DNA of 64,000 nucleotides from Dictyostelium discoideum (Eukaryota): NCBI GenBank assembly GCA_000004695.1, contig CM000151.3, positions 2,528,001 to 2,592,000 of the forward strand, read 5' to 3'. Shown piece by piece: positions 58,710 to 64,000 of this stretch (position 1 is its first letter; each line of letters starts with the position of its first letter). The notes under the pieces were generated by a model. It saw only the letters and a program-made list of their open reading frames with translations, ran no database searches and was not told where the DNA came from. The position numbers and the translations under genes were made by a program.

Positions 58710-60126
58710 TTAATTTAATTTACTATTTGTAGATGGATGAATTATTGTAGTTGAGGCTAAAGAAGAAGTAGTGGTGGTAGTAGTATTACTATAATTATTA
58801 TAATTATTGATATTATTAACATGTGGTAAAGAAAAACCTAATTTACAATTTAATCTATGATAAATTTCGTCTAAAATTGTTTTATAACAAAATAGATATT
58901 GTTCTAATTGTTGAACCATTCCAGGACGTTGCTCTCTAAGTTTCAAAACTATTGAAAATAAATTAAAATCGATTCTACTATTATATTTATCCATTATTGC
59001 ATATTTTAAGTCAGATTCTGCTGCGTCATCATCATCTTCCTCATTATTTGGTTCAGTTTGTGGCGTATTATTTGAACCATTTGAATTATTATTAATATTA
59101 TTATTATTATTTAAATTATTATTATTATTATTATTTATACCATTACTATTATAAATTGAAGATTTAAAATGATAACCAAGTCCTTTTAAATCTAAATTAT
59201 CACTTTGATATTCAGTGATTGGTAAATGAGTGAAAGGATCAACGACTTGATCAATTGGAGTAGCATCCAATTGTTTAAAGTAATGGTCCAACTTTTTCAT
59301 CATAATGACGGCTGTACAAAAGGTGCCGGTTCTACCAACTCCTGCACTACAATGAACGATGATTGGAACATTTCTATCTGATGATGGTATGATTTGATTT
59401 TGACGATTTGTGATACTATGTAACAACTGACGGAATGGTTGAGTGTGATCTGGGATGTTATGATCTGGCCAACCTTCATATTGATATTGAGTGATATCTC
59501 TTGTCTCACCCTCAAATGTAAGTCTAATGTTTCTTGTGATTATCTCTCTCTCTGGATCTTGGATAACCTCAACCAATTCGACACTGTATGTGCCAAATAC
59601 TTCATTACCATTACCATATATTGAAAATTGTTCACCTCCAATTTGTTCTGGCCAATATCTATCACATTTTATTCTACAGTTTTCAGACTCTCTTGAAAGC
59701 ATAACAATAATACGACATCGATTTTCCCATACCATTCTCCAAAAATCAGCAATTGTATTTGGTAATGGTCCTTGTGTACAAATAAATTGTTTTGGGTATG
59801 CTCCCTTTTTATTATTAATAAAAAATAAAAAATAAGAAAAAAATTAGAATTATATTATTAAAAAAAATTAATTAAATATATACTTACATCAATATAATTA
59901 GCATTAATATAATCTGAACCTTCTTTATCTTGAATCTTTTTTAATTGTACTCTTGTATGATTAACTGGTAAAATATTAGTATATCTATTCTTTGATGTGT
60001 TATGTTTTTTATCACCTTCACTGGTTTCACTTGGTCCAACAGATTCTTCCAATAACTATTTTTTTTTTTTTTAAAAAAAATGAAAATAAAAATAAAAAAT
60101 AAATAAAAGTAAGTCATTTTTGTTTT

Positions 60127-60162
<36 letters not shown>

Positions 60163-60711
60163 ATTAAAACTTACTCTAAATTCTTCTTTAATTTTATGAA
60201 TACATTTAATATGATTTTTTAAATTATAAATTGAAGATTTAATTCTTTCTTCATCAACAAGATCAAATGAACTATTATTGTAATAGGGTGAAGAAGAACC
60301 AGAATTTGTTGGTAATGAACCTAGTGATCCCATTCTACTGAATGAACTATGAGAAGAGGAACTTAATGATATTGAGCTATTGCTTCTAGTTGGTAATGGT
60401 CTCAATACACTAATATCAATCTTATTTGTTTTATTTTCAATGGATCCATTCATTTGATTTGAACTTTCAACTGATCCCATATTATTATTATTATTGTTAT
60501 TGTTGTTGTTTTTTATAATTTTAAATTTGTTACCACCAATTATTAAATTATCGTTTTTAATACTATTATTAATATTGTTATTGTTATTGCTTGTATGTTG
60601 CTTAAATAATGTATGTATACTATTGCTGTTGTTATTACTTTGATTCTTTAACACTACAATTTTTTTTTTTAAAAGGTTTTTAATAGTTTTTTTAATTAAT
60701 ATTACTGCCAC
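58710..60711 (-). CDS. Classical non-receptor protein tyrosine phosphatase; 3 exons: 60711..60175, ~60056..59888, 59804..58710
   Basis: Exon 1 ends …[12 protein letters not shown]|gtaagt (PTP N-terminal 'EKEF' region). Exon 2 (…aaatag|TTATTGGAAGAA…) carries motif 1 '[17 protein letters not shown]' and 'DYINANYID', donor GAT|gtaagt. Exon 3 (aaaaag|GGAGCATACCC…) has '[16 protein letters not shown]', the WPD loop 'EGWPDHNIP', the active site '[14 protein letters not shown]' and the Q-loop. My base-by-base reading of exon 2 near 59998-60003 is one nucleotide out of phase with the ORF-track translation, so the 5' exon boundary and phase are uncertain. Confidence 0.75.
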
Positions 60712-62731
60712 TCTCTTTAAAAAAATAAAAAAAAATAAGAATTTTTAAACGATATTAATCTATTTAAAAACTATATTTTTTTTTTTTTTTTTTTTTTTTG
60801 TTTATTTTTTGTTTTTTTGTTTTTTTTTTTTTTTGTTGTCCTAAATGTATTTAATAGTGATAATAATTATTTATGTATAATATTTAAAGATTATATATAT
60901 TTAATTATTATTATTATTATTATTATTATTTTAATTATTTAATTATTTAATTTTTTTTTAATTATTATTTATTTATTAAAAAGGGTATTTTTGAATGGGT
61001 GAAAGTGGTATGTATAGTGTGTGTGTGTGAGTGGGTGAGTGGGTAAACAAAACAAATAAAAAAAATGGGATTAAAAAAAAAAAAAATTTAAAAAAAATTA
61101 AAAAAAAAAAATTTTTTATATTAAAAAAAAATAAAAATAAAAAAAAAAAACTTAATTAAAAAAAAAAAAAAAAAACAAAAAACAAAAAAAATAATAAAAA
61201 AATAAAAAAAAAATAAAAAAAATAAAATAAAGAATTGTTTATTCACTTGGAAATATTCTTAGAATGTTTAAATAAAAAAAATAATTAATGATTAACAAAT
61301 AAATAAACTTGATTAAAGATTATTTTCTTTTAATATTTTTTTTTTTTTTTTTTATTTTCCAATTTACCCAAAATGCATACATGCATGTGTGAATAAAATA
61401 AAATAATTTAAACAAAATATACTGTAATACAAAAGTAGTAAATATGATTTGAGTTTACTTTTTTTTTTTTTTTTACTGTTATTTCTTTTTTTTTTTGATA
61501 ATGAAAATTTGTATAATTAATAAATTTCTTTTTTAATAATTATTATTTTAAAAAAATTAAAATTATTTATTTTTTTAATTTATATTAATTTTTAATTAAT
61601 TATTTTCTATTTTTATTTGATTATTATTATTTTTTTTAATTTTAACTTAATTTAATATTATATTATCCTTTTTTAATTTAATTATAAAATAATTATTTAT
61701 TTTTACTATTTATTTTTTTTATATTTTTTAAATAATATACTGGAATGGAAAAAATAAATTAAAAATACAAATTGAAAACCAAAAAAAAAAAAAATCAATG
61801 TATAAAAAAAAAAAAAAAAACAATAAATTAAATTAATAATAATGCTCCCACCCAGAGACAAAAAAAAAAAAAAAAAATTAAAAAAAAAAAAAATTAAAAA
61901 TAAATAATGGCGATTGTGATTTGATTGCCTAATTCTATCAAAAAATTCTAAAATTAACTTTATCTCCAAGAATTTATTTTTAAAACACTATTCTAATAAT
62001 AATAATTTTTTTATTTTTTTTTATTATTTATTTTTTTTTTAATTCAATCGCACATTAAGTGAAATCTTATGATTTTGATTTTTTACTATGTACAGCAAAA
62101 TAACAACAACTATGATGTTTTAATTTATCTTCGTACAACCTTCTGAGATTTTAAAGATTTAAAAATTATAAAAATAAATAAAAAAATAAAAAATAATAAA
62201 ACTTATTAGTTTTATTATTATTATTTTTTTTTTTTTTTTTTTTTTTTATTATTTTTTAAGAATTTATATAAATTTATATAGTTTTATTAATTTTTTTTTT
62301 TTTTTTTTGTTATTTTCCATATTTTTCCTTTAGAATTCCATCTATATTATATAGATATATAAATATAAATGAAGAACTCTAAAGGTTTAATTATGGTAAA
62401 TAGCAGAATAAAAAAATAAAATAAAATAAAAAAACTAAAATTATAAAAAAAATAAAAAATAATTATTAATAATGTCTTACTAAATATTTTAACAAAAAAT
62501 ATACAATTGTTTTTTTTATTTTTTTATTAATTTATTTTTTTTTATTTAATTTTTCCTTTTTTTTTTTTTTTTTTTTATTTTTCAAAAAATTTTCAAAAAA
62601 ATAAAAAAAAAATAAAAAAAAAATAAAAAAAAAATAAAAAAAATATTTTTTTTTTTTATTTTTATTTTTTAAAAAAACTATTAAAAATTTTTTTTTTTTT
62701 TTATTGTACAATTATCAAATAATTAATAATA

Positions 62732-63358
62732 ATGGCAGGTGGAAAGAGAGGTGGTAAAGTAGCACCAACCAAAACATTTGGTCGTGATTATGAAAGAAGT
62801 AAAGGAAAAATTAGTCGTGATCGTGTTTATGATGAAGAGGATATTATAAAGAGAAATCAAGAAAGCGATAGTGATGATAATTCTGGTTCTGAATCAGGTT
62901 CAGAAAATGAAACAAAAAATAATAATAATAAAAGTAAATTAGGTAGTGATTCAAGTGATGATGAACCAGTCATTGTCTCTAGAAATCCAAATGCCAAAAA
63001 ACCAGCAGCTAAAAGACCACCAACCACTAAAAAACAACAAGAGAGCGATAGTGAAGACGATTCAGATAAAGAAAGTGATAGTGAAGACGAAATCGCTAAT
63101 CCAAATAGAATGAAACAAGTTACTAAAAAACTAAGTGAAATCAATGTAAACGCTAAAGTTGAACTTTCACGTAGAGAAAAAGAAGAACTCGCAAGACAAG
63201 CCGCAACTCAAAGACAAAACGAAAAACAACAAAAAAGTGATCTCGAAAGATTACAAGTCATAAGAAAACAAAGAGAAGAAGCAGCAAAACGTAAAGAAGA
63301 AGAGAAAAAAGCAAATGAAGAAAAAATGGCCGAACGTAGAAGATTAGGTTTAGCTTAA
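62732..63358 (+). CDS. PDAP1 / HASPP28 (28 kDa heat- and acid-stable phosphoprotein) homolog, 208 aa
   Basis: '…[35 protein letters not shown]…[21 protein letters not shown]' aligns with human PDAP1 '[35 protein letters not shown]…[21 protein letters not shown]'. It also has Ser/Asp-rich CK2-type phospho-sites. Single exon. Confidence 0.75.
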   Translation: [208 protein letters not shown]

Positions 63359-63481
63359 ACAAATTATAATTAATTTCCTTTTTCCACAAAAAATAAATAA
63401 AAAAAAAAAAAAAACAAAATATAAAAAAAAAAAAAAAAGTAATAAATAGTTATTTGATAATAATAACATTTATTTTTTTAT

Positions 63482-64000
63482 TTATAATTCATCATGAACT
63501 TTATGATCATCTTCAAATTGTTGTTCCTCAGCACCATCATTTTGGAATTGAGATTCTTCTTTTTGTTGTTGTTGTTGTTCTTTTTGTTCTTTTTGTTTTT
63601 GATCTTTTTCATCAGTTGAATTTGATTTACCTTTTGAAGATTTTGAAGATTTATCTTTTTTAGAGGAGGATGGTTTAACAGGTTTCTTTTTCTTTTTTAA
63701 AATTTCTTTAATTGTTCTTTCTAAATCATAAAGTTTAAATTTAATATCAAAAGAGGAAGTTTGTAAATCTTTTGAATAATCAGCTAATTTGAATTCAGAT
63801 TTCTTTTCTTGTACCCAATCGGAAACGGATTGAATTTTATCAGTAGTTTCTTTTAATTCCTCAGCGGTTACATTTAAATCCTTTGAAGCGATTTCAAACA
63901 TTGGTTTAACTTTATCAACAGTGTCTTCCAACTCTTCCAATGCGACAGGTACCAATTGGTATTGAGAGACACGGTTAACGATTTTGTCAGCTTTCTTTTT
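63482..64000 (-). CDS. ER-resident protein ending in HDEL (5' end lies beyond the window)
   Basis: C-terminal '…KVHDEL*' ER-retrieval signal preceded by a Lys/Ser-rich tail. The frame stays open upstream past 63955 to the window edge. The 'M' shown in the ORF track corresponds to a TTG codon. Confidence 0.55.

Overview
This window is eukaryotic DNA. It is extremely AT-rich, with long poly-A/T tracts, (AAT)n/(CAA)n microsatellites that translate as poly-N/Q/T runs, short AT-rich introns with GTAAGT/GTATGT donors and poly-pyrimidine-AG acceptors, and start codons in an AAAAATG context. This is the signature of a Dictyostelium-type social-amoeba chromosome arm. There are no operons, CRISPR arrays, rRNA genes or obvious transposons, and I found no convincing tRNA gene.

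I can support about 28 protein-coding genes. Many are spliced, so the ORF track only partly captures them. I reconstructed exon junctions by eye for the following:
- the MST-like kinase
- UBLCP1
- the IRE1-like gene
- the CFDP1/Swc5 homolog
- the vinculin-family giant
- the desaturase fusion
- the LPMO
- the BIG/GBF ArfGEF
- the CAP-domain protein
- the small GTPase
- the PTP
- a BED-finger gene
- a tiny endosulfine gene
- a second small Cys-rich peptide gene

Recognisable products:
- TDP1
- a Dicty_CTDC repeat protein
- an MST/Hippo-like STE20 kinase
- endosulfine/ARPP-19
- UBLCP1
- a GNAT acetyltransferase
- an IRE1-like kinase with KEN domain
- an SDR oxidoreductase
- the Swc5/CFDP1 (BCNT) homolog
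- a ~2,000 aa vinculin/alpha-catenin-family protein
- a three-domain desaturase
- an AA10-like LPMO
- two FNIP-repeat proteins
- a ~2,050 aa Sec7 ArfGEF
- a CAP/PR-1 protein with a mucin tail
- a Ras-superfamily GTPase
- a classical PTP
- PDAP1/HASPP28
- an HDEL-terminated ER protein, partial at the window edge

Most interesting:
- A single gene fusing a FAD2-type desaturase domain, with all three His boxes mutated, to an intact Delta9 desaturase and cytochrome b5.
- Two paralogous ~68 aa six-cysteine secreted peptides; the ORF track mis-frames one of them, whose gene uses an ATG|intron start.
- A histidine-brace LPMO.
- A tiny 3-exon endosulfine gene absent from the ORF track.
- An IRE1-like paralog with a degenerate catalytic loop.
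- A double BED-zinc-finger mini-protein.

Most short ORFs in the track lie in AT-rich spacer or antisense to poly-Q/N tracts and are artefacts. The track also appears to accept TTG as a start codon.
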